From positions 10,992,379 through 11,056,378 of the forward strand of contig CM119265.1 of assembly GCA_051294375.1 (NCBI GenBank): DNA of 64,000 nt, written 5' to 3'. Both the position numbers and the translations under genes were made by a program. The DNA comes from Paraspadella gotoi. Lineage: Eukaryota > Animalia > Chaetognatha. Of this stretch, positions 38,583 to 50,307 are shown in pieces (within the stretch, counting starts at the first letter, position 1; each line of letters opens with the position of its first letter). The notes beneath the pieces are model-generated. The model made no database searches and was not told the origin of the DNA. It was given only the letters and a program-made list of their open reading frames with translations.

Positions 38583-39049
38583 TTCGTCCTGATGAGGCAC
38601 CGAAGGGTACAAGGCGAATCAATATCAAAGCAGCTTTTCCAGATATTTTTACTCCTTTGTTGACTTCGAAAAGCTGATTTAAAGGCACCGTTTTTTTCCC
38701 TAAGACAAACAAACAAACAATACAGCGTTAAGTAATGTTGATAATATTAAAAAATAACTATTTTTAAAAAAGTGAGTAATATATTGATGAAACGAAGTCC
38801 GTGTGTCATCAAACGGTGTTAAAAAATTTAAAGAAATATTGCTAAGAATTGTAAAAAACAATTTAATAAAAATTACACAATAGTGCTTCCAAAGTAGATC
38901 GAGGTAGAGATCAGTACGAATTTCACGTCGAAACGAAAGAAAAAATATTTTAACAAAACGATTTTGATCTGTAAGCTAAAAAGGGGTAAATTTTACTTTC
39001 GTCGACCGCGGTTTTTTTTTTTTTTTTTAATATTTTAAAAAATATTACC

Positions 39050-39273
39050 ATGGTATATCCTTTCTTTTCGTTGTTGTAAAGAGATTTACAAAGAATTTTG
39101 AATTGTTACAACGATTTTATTATGATTAAATTGCAGACATGTTTCGACTCTGAGATTTTCGAGTCTTCATCAGCGCAACTGTCAATAAGCGCTGATGAAG
39201 ACTCGAAAATCTCAGAGTCGAACTGTCTGCAATTTAATCATAATAAAATCGTAACAATTCAAAATTCTTTGTA
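39050..39273. mobile_element. Minimal Penelope-derived insertion: tail plus two inverted pLTR ends
   Basis: ~90-bp inverted arms with a 12-nt spacer; 13-bp TSD AAAAAATATTACC (39037-39049, 39274-39286). Confidence 0.8.
39131..39178 (-). ncRNA. Minimal type I hammerhead ribozyme; degenerate inverted twin at 39189-39232(+)
   Basis: uugcg CUGAUGA A GACUC (10-nt loop) GAGUC GAAA cau GUC ugcaa; the twin has lost 2 nt in GAAACAUGUC. Confidence 0.85.
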
Positions 39274-39714
39274 AAAAAATATTACCTAATTACCCTAACC
39301 CTAAACCCTCCTAACTCTAACCGCCCCTAACCCTTCCCTACCCGCGGTCGGCGAAAGTAAAATTAATCTTTAAAAGTTTTTAAAATTAGGAGTAAGATGT
39401 TTAGTAAATATTCAGAATACGAGATATGAGAATAATAAAGGTAATTTTGTTAATTATCATCTATCTAAATTATTTATTACCGCTAGCTACCTCTTATGGA
39501 CAAAATCCCCAGTTTTTTTCAATAAGTAGAAAAACTAAAAAAATTCAAATATCTAAATTGTTTAATCTCGTTTTCTCCGACTACTATCGAAACGACGCAA
39601 AATCGTTCGCCTGCGAAAAAAAAAACAAAAAAAACGAGGTTGAAAGAGAAAAAGGCAATATTAATTTTAATCTTTTTAACGAACCGTGGCTCGTCGCATA
39701 ATTATTTTTTTAAA

Positions 39715-40700
39715 TTTTTTTTCTGAAAAGAAAACAGAGCAAACAAATAATTGCGGGAATGGTTGCAATAAACGAGAACAAAAAAGAGGAAGATAAAAGG
39801 GAAAATAAAAGAAGAGATCGGGAGACAAAGTCAAGCAACTCCGTCCACATGAGACGGCAACTCAATCACGGGACTTCGGGAAGCGAGCAGGTCCCCATTC
39901 TCGCGCTGAAGGCAGACAGAAAGTCTCTCAAAAAAGTGCTTAGACGTTTTGCCGATATCTAAGCCTGCATTCGTTGCTTGGAGTTTGGCGAAATCTTTTA
40001 AGTTTGAGAAAGCATCCAGGTCCCATGCCCCGAAGGTAGTAACAACCAGAGGGATGAAGCCAACATCGGCCGGCAGTTTGCCTTCATACTAAGCATGTTT
40101 GGCCTGGCGAGCTCGTTCCAGGGCATATGTGGGGTTGAGGATGGTATGACCAAAACAGTCCTGGCGAAGGGGAGTGGCAGTTGCTGTGTCGTCAGTCGTC
40201 CAGGTGGAAGGGATTCCTTGACAGACGATGGGCTTCATCTGAACCAAGGAAACCCCGTCCAACTCAATCGTGCTCGATTCTGGAACGCCCTCTTTGGGAT
40301 CCTGTATAGAGATTAGAGAATTGATCGTGAACTTTGCTAAAAAAAAAAGGACGAAAAGAGAAGTCCTAATCGAACACCGCTTCATCTCCCAGAGAAAAAG
40401 AAAGAGAGAAAAAGAAGTATTGTAGGTCAAAGTTAGTAATGATTTGCTGAAAAATAAGTTAGAATGAGGTTTATGACCATTCAATGAAAAGAGGATTAAA
40501 CTACTTCTCTTTTGAAGGGACAGTAATAATGGTTATGAGTTAGTGACAGAACCATTCAATATAAGCAGTCCCTGAGCTTCGGATAAGGCTGTAACACCAT
40601 GTTACAGGCGGGTTAAGCGCTCCGTCCCTCTTAACTGATAGGCGACCACCGGGCTAAAACCCCAGACCTTTGGGATGGCAGGCGAATGACTTGCCTCCTC
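39715..40700 (-). mobile_element. SINE head followed on the same strand by a CRE-like RLE 3' end and A-tail (duplicated at 44433-45422)
   Basis: Minus strand: SINE 40700-40512, linker, then ..ALERARQAKHA*YEGKLPADVGFIPLVVTTFGAWDLDAFSNLKDFAKLQ..FFERLSVCLQRENGDLLASR..*, 3'UTR, (A)n. Confidence 0.7.
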
Positions 40701-40972
40701 TAACAGTATCAGTATAAACAGTATTTTTTCCTGCTACGCAAGTTAAAACTTTCGTGGAAACATACGCATTGGTCCCTGCAGTCCCGCAGCCATAACATGA
40801 TATTTTTAATATATATATTATATATACATATTATGGTGAAATCTAATCCAGTTACAATTCAAAGCAGCCATAATAACCAATTCATCAGCTTACTAACTCA
40901 ATGGTGCTACAGCTTAATTTAGAGCGAAAAAACTACTGTAGTATGAACGTTTGTACAGTAATTTTATTGTTA

Positions 40973-42456
40973 TGTGGAAGACCACGACATAGAGAGTAGG
41001 GAGACATTTATGCATTGTTATTATGTATGAGGTAAAAATTGAAGAGACATAACATAGTGAATATGTTGAAACATAGGCAATAACATGTGTACAGTTCGAA
41101 GGTTGAAACGGTTGTGTCTCTCGTGGCGACGGCCACGCGGAAGAAACCCCTTGAAGCCCGGGACGACGAGACCAATGACCGGAGTTCTGAGGTCATGTGG
41201 TCGTTGAGGGAAAAGAGAGAGAGAGTCGAGGTAACTCGGCCTCATCCCCCCCTCAAGTCGCGTCTCCGGAAAGAGGCGCGGCTGACCACACTGGCGTCGA
41301 ATCCATGGTGGTTTGCTAAAGGTGTTCTTGCTCCAAAGAGTCGATGCTGACATACGAAATTATTTAAGTCCAAATCCATGAGCCTTGGAAATCACAGGAG
41401 GGTGGTAGCCTCTACAGTTTTTGGCGCGCCTGCGGCGTTTGCCGCCGCGTCGTCGCATCACGCCGTGCAGTCCCACATTGCGCTGGCCTTTCAGCGGGTG
41501 TATCGTAGATTTCCCGGGTATTTCCTCGTACAATTCCAAAGCCTTTCGTCGTGTAAATCGCTGGTTAAAGACGATGTTTTGTTTTGTTGGTTTTGGTGTA
41601 GAAGTGGGCGTCAGAAAAAGGTGAAGCGAGATAAGAAAAGAGGAGTAAGAAAATGGGAAAAGAAAAGAAAATTTTGAAAAAAGAATTATTAAAATATAAG
41701 GAAATAAAAGAGGGAGGATAAAAAATATAAAAGTAAGGAAAAAGGAGTAAAGTGGCAGAGTCAGTTTCACTAAGTTTATTCCTAATGGGTGAAGACAAAT
41801 TGGGCGGTGTTAAAAAGGGTTTGCTCCGTGAGAGAAAAAGCCACGGGCGTTGTGATACGCAAATTGATGAAGGCGCCGGCGATAGCTTTGGTAGAGATAA
41901 GTTTTTTCTCGCGTCTCCGTGTTCCATTCGTCAACGGCGTCGTAGTAAACGTCGGGAAAAGAAAACGCTGAGGACGACTAAACAAGTGTTGGAGTTTTTG
42001 CAGAGGGATTGGTGACCGCGACACCGGAGATAGGGACTAAATTGGAGGTGTGAAAAAGGAGTCTTTTTAGGAGGGGACATGGATACGAGACGCCGAATCA
42101 CTCTTGCGAATGTAGAGCTGATGGGTGAGTCCTCGCTTTCACAAAGAATATATTTTTTACCGAAAGCGGAAGATTCAAACAAGTTCCAATTCATCCATTT
42201 TTCTTGTTCAGGTTGGGAGGTAGGATACTTAGTTGGGAGGTTGGTTGGCAATATTGTGAACATTTTCAGAGGTTTTTTTATTTTTTAAAAGACAGGAAGG
42301 TTTTTGAAGGCTTTTTTTTATATAGCGTTTTTCACAGAAGGATTTTTGGGCGTGTTCTCGTCGGGCTCACCAATGTGGAAGACCACGACATAGATAGTAG
42401 GGAGACATTTATTATGTATGAGGTAAAACATTGAAGAGACATAACATAGTGAATAT
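40973..42456 (-). mobile_element. Short non-autonomous Gypsy-type LTR element, copy 1 (5' LTR cut by a hAT MITE and an assembly gap)
   Basis: 3' LTR 41244-40973 TG..CA preceded by PPT GAGGGGGGGA; PBS TGGTGAGCCCGACGAGA (tRNA-Trp-like) next to the 5' LTR end at 42374. Confidence 0.8.
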
Positions 42457-44299
42457 TAGAGCGTTCAAATATAACAAAATATAAGATATTAAATTCTATT
42501 CATAATTATTTTACTGTAATAAGGTCTGAAGAATTCGATGGTTATTACCATTTTTTTGTATAATTTCATCTTTCTTGTCGGAAATGACGATTTTTAATGT
42601 ATAGTANNNNNNNNNNNNNNNNNNNNNNNNNAAAGAGAGAGATTAGATTTCTCCGACTACCAGACAGGCGTAGGTGGCAGTTGATTTCTATCGGAGGATT
42701 TACCAAAAAAACCACTTTTATCTTCCATATTGTTAGAATATTACCAAAAAAATGATTAAATTTTAAACTCTACAAACAAAGTTGGCTAGAGCTACGGATA
42801 ATTGAAATCCTTGCATCATTTTCTAAATTAATAATCAAGTATCCTGTTTTGCGTGATCTTTAAATGAAAAATTATGTTCCATATAGTTTGTCGCATTTTT
42901 TACTTTGTCTTGAGATTTGGAATCCTAGATCATTGTGATGAAAAATTTTTTTACTCCGAGCTTTTCGGGTCCTTCTTAATTTTCTTTTACCTCGTGAGTT
43001 TGGTGTCATTTGTGTTAATGCATACTATTGTTCTTGCCTATGAATTAATTTTTAAATTGACGTAGTCAAACATACTTTTTACATTTTTTAATTAAATTTG
43101 TATTAAACGAAAAATATATGTGAAATAGTCCACAATTCTAATCAAATATTACCTATTGTTGGTGCTTTGGTACCTAAAAATTAGGGGCAAAATATTTAAT
43201 ACTTAGCTGGAAAAAATTTTTAAGCTACTTATTAATTTGTGAGGGAATTTGTGAGACGTGCGTTTATTTGAACTAAACTCGGTTTTTGACTATTTTATAG
43301 TTTTAATAGCACTAAGAAAAATACTAAAGTTGACGAATTAACAAAACACCGGCCTCTTTTATTGAAAGGATGAAGCGTCAGCAAATTTTAATTCTCTCAA
43401 TCGAAGGGTTTTTGCGGAAAAAATTTCCGCAAAAATCTGTCGATTTTTTTAAATCTGCTTGGAACCAAATTCCGTAAAATCATTCACTACCTAGAGATTT
43501 TTTTTCTTAACATTACATTTTAAAAGATATTTTTATAACATCCAGTATGTTATTGAATGCAGAAAATAAGTGAGATGAGAAAAGATGAGAGAAGAGAGAG
43601 ATGGGCTGAAAAAAGATTGACGGAGAGGAAAGAGTGGAAAAATTAATAGTATGGGGAGAGGGGGGAACAGAACAATTGAGAGAAAGAAAAAGATAAGAAA
43701 CAGGGAGAAAGGAGAAATCAGCAGAGGGAGAGAAAAGACATCTGAGAGGAAGGGAAAATAAGGTTAGGAAGAAAAGAAGGGATGACCAGAAAAAAATATG
43801 AGGACAGAAAAGTATGAGAAAGGGAGAGAAAGACGAGAGAAAGAGAGAAAAAGAGACGAGACAGAGAGAAAGGTTCAAATAGGAGAAAAAAATAGGTGGA
43901 AAAAAAAAAGAAAAAAAGTTTTAAAATTAACGGCCGTTGTTTTGGCCTAAGAGTAAGTATCTCTAAAAAAGCGCGATAGGTCTGACCAGAGCAATTTATC
44001 TTTAAAAGTTTCCCCGCTTAGCAATGAACAATCGTTTTAGTTTCACTAATTATGGCAGATCCGTAATGAGAATGGATGTCAGTAAAAAAAATAATGCTTC
44101 TTACCGTATTTTGAAAGGAATAGAAGATTTCACCCAGTGAGTTCGATGTGTTAGTAAGGAGAAAATAACTATGCCAACCAGTTTTTTAGATAAAGAGTGT
44201 TTTCATATTTATCAGTAGAAAAAAAGAAATAATAGTATTAGTTCAATTTCATTGTTGAAAATATCGCGCAAATCAAAATCACTGCAGTACGCCGTAAGA

Positions 44300-47200
44300 A
44301 AAACTATCGAAACGACGCAAAACGTTCGCCTGCGAAAAAAAAAACAAAAAAAACGAGGTTGAAAGAGAAAAAGGCAATATTAATTTTAATCTTTTTAACG
44401 AACCGTGGCTCGTCGCATAATTATTTTTTTAAATTTTTTTCTGAAAAGAAAACAGAGCAAACAAATAATTGCGGGAATGGTCTTTGTCAACAATAAACGA
44501 GAACAAAAAAGAGGAAGATAAAAGGGAAAATAAAAGAAGAGATCGGGAGACAAAGTCAAGCAACTCCGTCCACATGAGACGGCAACTCAATCACGGGACT
44601 TCGGGAAGCGAGCAGGTCCCCGTTCTCGCGCTGAAGGCAGACAAAGTCTCTCAAAAAAGTGCTTAGACGTTTTGCCGATATCTAAGCCTGCATTCGTTGC
44701 TTGGAGTTTGGCGAAATCTTTTAAGTTTGAGAAAGCATCCAGGTCCCATGCCCGAAGGTAGTAACAACCAGAGGGATGAAGCCAACATCGGCCGGCAGTT
44801 TGCCTTCATACTAAGCATGTTTGGCCTGGCGAGCTCGTTCCAGGGCATATGTGGGGTTGAGGATGGTATGACCAAAACAGTCCTGGCGAAGGGGAGTGGC
44901 AGTTGCTGTGTCGTCAGTCGTCCAGGTGGAAGGGATTCCTTGACAGACGATGGGCTTCATCTGAACCAAGGAAACCCCGTCCAACTCAATCGTGCTTGAT
45001 TCTGGAACGCCCTCTTTGGGATCCTGTATAGAAGATTAGAGAATTGATCGTGAACTTTGCTAAAAAAAAAGGACGAAAAGAGAAGTCCTAATCGAACACC
45101 GCTTCATCTCCCAGAGAAAAAGAAAGAGAGAAAAAGAAGTATTGTAGGTCAAAGTTAGTAATGATTTGCTGAAAAATAAGTTAGAATGAGGTTTATGACC
45201 ATTCAATGAAAAGAGGATTAAACTACTTCTCTTTTGAAGGGACAGTAATAATGGTTATGAGTTAGTGACAGAACCATTCAATATAAGGCAGTCCCTGAGC
45301 TTCGGATAAGGCTGTAACAACCATGTTACAGGCGGGTTAAGCGCTCCGTCCCTCTTAACTGATAGGCGACACCGGGCTAAAACCCCAGACCTTTGGGATG
45401 GCAGGCGAATGACTTGCCTCCTCTAACAGTATCAGTAGAAATCTACTATGAATTAATATAATAGGGGCGGGGTTCAAAACTTATCTGTGAGTCTACTTTT
45501 GGTTAAAAAAGAATTTTTTAAAAAAGTTCGATTTTAATGATTTATTGTTGCTAAATTAAAATTAACAATATTACGATATAATCTAAAAATTTTATTTAAA
45601 GTCATCTAATAACTTTTTTTTGATGGATGCTGAAGAGCACTAAAAAGGTTAAAAAAACAATTTAACTACAAACTTTCAAAATATTTATGTTTTCTTGGTC
45701 AAAATAAGAAAAGTAATAAATTATTGAAATGATTAGATGATGAATGATTAAAATAGATTTCATATTTTCACATACTTAAGTGATCAAATAGTCAAAAAAG
45801 AATATACTTTGTGTAGACAACTTTTTGCAACTACCTGAATCTGAATCTAAAAATCGGAAAATCAAAAAATTTTAGCCTTCCTAATTTAAAAAAATATTAA
45901 AAAATCTAATATATGGAGTATGGAGTAATAAAAAAAAATTTGTCTATTCAATTTTTTTAAAATGTCTAAATTCTTTGAGGAGGTGCTTAATTCAATTTCT
46001 AACCCACTTAGTGATGTCCCCCTAGTATCAGTATAAACAGTATTTTTTCCTGCTACGCAAGTTAAAACTTCGTGAACATACGCATTGGTCCCTGCAGTCC
46101 CGCAGCCATAACATGATATTTTTATATATTATTATATATACATATTATGGTGAAATCTAATCCAGTTACAATTCAAAGCAGCCATAATAACCAATTCATC
46201 AGCTTACTAACTCAATGGTGCTACAGCTTAATTTAGAGCGAAAAAACTATGTAGTATGAACGTTGTACAGTAATTTTTATGTTATGTGGAAACCACGACA
46301 TAGAGAGTAGGGAGACATTTATTATGTATGAGGTAAAATTGAAGAGACATAAATAGTGATATTGTGAAACATAGGCATATACATGTGTACAGTTCGAAGG
46401 TTGAAACGGTTGTGTCTCTCGTGGCGACGGCCACGACGGAAGAAACCCCTTGAAGCCCGGGACGACGAGACCAATGACCGGAGTTCTGAGGTCATGTGGT
46501 CGTTGAGGGCAAGAGAGAGAGAGTCGAGGTAACTCGGCCTCATCCCCCCTCAAGTCGCGTCTCCGGAAAAAGGCGCGGCTGACCACACTGGCGTCGAATC
46601 CATGGTGGTTTGCTAAAAGGTGTTCTTGCTCCAAAGAGTCGATGCTGACATACGAAATTATTTAAGTCCAAATCCATGAGCCTTGGAATCACAGGAGGGT
46701 GGTAGCCTCTACAGTTTTGGGCGCGCCTGCGGCGTTTGCCGCCGCGTCGTCGCCGCCGTGCAGTCCAATTGCGCTGGCCTTTCAGCGGGTGTATCGTTAG
46801 ATTTCCGGGTATTTCCTCGTACACATTCCAAAGCCTTTTTCGTCGTGTAAATCGCTGGTTAAAGACGATGTTTGTGTTTGTTGGTTTTGGTGTAGAGGTG
46901 GGCGTCAGAAAAAGGTGAAGCGAGATAAGAAAAGAGGAGTAAGAAAATGGGAAAAGAAAAGAAAATTTTGAAAAAAGAATTATTAAAATATAAGGAAATA
47001 AAAGGAGGGGGATAAAAAATATAAAAGTAAGGAAAAAAGGAGTAAAAGTGGCAGAGTCAGTTTCACTAAGTTTATTCCTAATGGGTGAAGACAAATTGGG
47101 CGGTGTTAAAAGGGTTTGCTCCGTGAGAGACAGCCACGGGCGTTGTGGATACGCAAATTGATGAAGGCGCCGGCGATAGCTTTGTAGAGATAAGTTTTTT

Positions 47201-47810
47201 CTCGCGTCTCCGTGTTCCATTCGTCAACGGCGTCGTAGTAAACGTCGGGAAAAGAAAAACGCTGAGGACGACTAAACAAGTGTTGGAGTTTTTGGCAGAG
47301 GGATTGGTGACCGCGACACCGGAGATAGGGACTTAAATTGGAGGTGTGAAAAAGGAGTCTTTTTAGGAGGGGACATGGATACGAGACGCCGAATCACTCT
47401 TGCGAATGTAGAGCTGATGGGTGAGTCCTCGCTTTCACAAAGAAATATTTTTTTACCGAAAGCGAAGATTCAAACAAGTTCCAATTCATCCATTTTTCTT
47501 GTTCACGTTGGGAGGTAGGATACTTAGTTGGGAGGTTGGTTGGCAATATTGTGAACATTTTCAGAGGTTTTTTTATTTTTTAAAGACAGGAAGGTTTTTA
47601 GAAGGCTTTTTTTTTATATAGCGTTTTTTCACAGAAGGATTTTTGGGCGTGTTCTCGTCGGCTCACCAATGTGGAAGACCACGACATAGAAGTAGGGAGA
47701 CATTTATTATGTATGAGGTAAAACATTGAAGAGACATAACATAGTGAATATTAGAGCGTTCAAATATAACAAAATATAAGATATTAAATTCTATTCATAA
47801 TTATTTTACT
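44300..47810 (+). repeat. Direct duplicate of about 39580-42515 with an extra 586-bp insertion (45438-46023)
   Basis: Colinear near-identity; insertion flanked by duplicated AGTATCAGTA. Confidence 0.85.
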
Positions 47811-49077
47811 TTCATCTAAGAATCATAGTAACATTTTTTTGTTAATTCAGTTTTTTCTAAAATTTTTGTGTAATTGTAATTATGATATCTGTGTTCTTTT
47901 TTTTTCTCTTTTTTCCAATTTAAAATTTGTTCTCTTTTATTTATGTTAATTGCACTATCTTTAATTTTTTGGAAATTTTTTTTTTTCTCTCCTTTCAAAT
48001 AGATTAAAAAATTTTTTATTAATTCATTTGCTATAAACTGTAATAAAAACAAACATGTACATTAAAAATAAAAAAGTATACAGAATTTTTGTTTCATCTC
48101 TAAATATTTTAAATAGAAAAAATCAAAATATAAATTCTATTCATAATTATTTTACTGTAATAAGGTCTGAAGAATTCGATGGTGATACCATTTTTTTGTA
48201 TAATTTCATCTTCTTGTCGGAAATGAATTTTTAATGTATATAAAATGTTAATAAAATATGGCAAATATTATAAGTTATGATAAATCAAATTATTAATTTT
48301 TTTTAAATTTACATGAGCTTTTAAAATATAAAAATAAAGACCTATAAAAATATTTTGATAAATTAATTTCTCAATTTTATGTTTTATTAAAAGTAAGTTA
48401 GCTATATTTATTAATAATTATAAATAAAAAATTAGGCCAAAGTTAAAAAATAATAATTTAAAATTTTTTATCCCAGAATCGCATTCCTTCAAAAAGTTGA
48501 TATAAGAAAATATAATTTTTATTAAAAAATTATGCAATTAAGTAGTCAAAATTTTAAAAAAATATAATTTTAAACCAAAAATGTTTAAATTAAACAAAAA
48601 TCATAGTTTTTAACATTTTTAACCAAATTAATGAAAGAATTTGTTAAAATAGATTTTACTTTCTTATATCAACTTTTTGCAAGGAATTCAAATCTGGTTT
48701 TAAAATTTCAAAATATTTATTTTTTCACTTTAGCCTATTTTTAACTACTAATTATTAATAAATATAGCTAACAAGCTGTAAATAAAATATAAAATTTATA
48801 AATAAGCTTACTGAAATATTTTCATGGGTCTTTATTTTGATATTTATAAGCTAAATATGAATTTTATAAAATTTTAATAATTTTAGTTTTTCATACTTTA
48901 CAATGGTTGCGCCATTTTAATAGCACCTTATATGCTTCAAAAATCGCCATTGGCGACAAGGAAGATGAAACTATACCAAAAAATGGTTATCATCATCAAA
49001 TTCTTCAGACCTTATTACATTAAAACAATAATGAATGAAATTAAATATCTTATATTTTGTTATCTTTGAACGCTCTA
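47752..49077. mobile_element. Palindromic hAT-type MITE inside the LTR
   Basis: TIR TAGAGCGTTCAAA.ATAACAAAATATAAGATAT; 8-bp TSD gtgaatat / gtggatat. Confidence 0.85.
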
Positions 49078-49093
49078 GTGGATATGTTGAAAC

Positions 49094-50307
49094 TAGTGTT
49101 CCGATAACCGTTAACTGTTAACGGTTATTAACGGTTAAAAATCATTTTAACTTAACCGTTAATATATTTATTTTTAACGGTTAAATTCGGTTAATTCTCA
49201 AATGGATTTTTTTCATTTTTTGGTATGAAATCTTTAAATTTAAAAAAAAAACCTATTTTTTTTCTGTTCTCTCTTATTCTCCCTATCCCCTTCTCACCAT
49301 ATTTTACCCCTCTCTCTCTTCTCCACTTTTCCCCTGCTTTGTTATTTTCTTCTTTTTTTCTATCCCCATCTCTCTCTTATTTTTTCTTCCCCTTTATTTA
49401 TCTCCTCCTGTTCCTTTCTTTTTTTTTCTTTCTTTTCTTTTTCTTTCTTTTTCTTTCCCCTTTCTTTTTTCTCCTTTTTTCGCCCTTTGCTTTTACCTTT
49501 TTCCTTTTTTTTTGCCCTTTCATGCAATAATATATATTCAATTTAGCTAAAAATAAATAATCCCTCTTATTTTACTTTTCTCTCTTTTTTCTTTCCCTAT
49601 TTAAAATTAACAAAGAAGCAAATGAAATAAACCGAATGAATGAAAAAAATGAATAAAAAACTAAATAAAATGTTTTTTTTAATTTAAAAATTAATAATAG
49701 AAGGAACCAATCTTAAAAAAGACATATAAAAAAGAATAATGATGATATACTTTTAATTAAACTGAAAAAATATTTATTAATCAATAAATATTTTGATCAA
49801 TTGATAAATCAACCAGTCTATCAATAAATTAAAATTTATATTTATTCGTCAATGACCATTGTGTCATAGTTTATGAAAGACTAACAACAGAAAACAAGCG
49901 TTTAAGAAACTAACAACTACAAAAATAATGAGGAAGAGAGAAGTAGAGAAAGAAAAAGAGAAAGCAAAAGAGAGAAAGAGAAAACAAAATATAGAATTAG
50001 AATTTGATGATATCCTTTCGTTTCGTTGTGTTATGAGATTAGCAAAAATATTTGTTTTGTTACAACAACAATTTTATTTGACATAAAAAACAGACATGTT
50101 TCGACTCTGTTTCAAGTCTTTATCAGCGCATTCAAGAGCCAGAGTTAAAGAGAAAATACCAATAAATACTTTAGTTTGTTTTAAATCTAAATATTTTAAA
50201 TTTAAAGTTAAATTATAAAATTAACCGATCTTAACGGTTAACCGTTAAAAATGTTAGTTTTAACGGTTAAGCGAATTTCCTAAAAAATTAACGGTTATCG
50301 AACTCTA
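49094..50307. mobile_element. Second hAT-type MITE inside the same LTR
   Basis: TIR TAGTGTTCCGATAACCGTTAA / TTAACGGTTATCGAACTCTA; perfect 8-bp TSD GTTGAAAC; subterminal AACCGTT repeats. Confidence 0.85.
50010..50135 (-). ncRNA. Solo PLE pLTR 3' end with variant hammerhead
   Basis: gcg CUGAUAA A GACUU gaaaca GAGUC GAAA cau GUC ugu, plus the conserved tail; the core G>A change may inactivate it. Confidence 0.6.

Larger units (their letters stand above)
38989..39364. mobile_element. Small TIR element carrying degenerate CCCTAA repeats, interrupted by a hammerhead palindrome
   Basis: aattttactttcgtcgaccgcgg / ccgcggtcggcgaaagtaaaatt inverted termini; ccctaaccctaa at 39293-39340. Confidence 0.65.
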
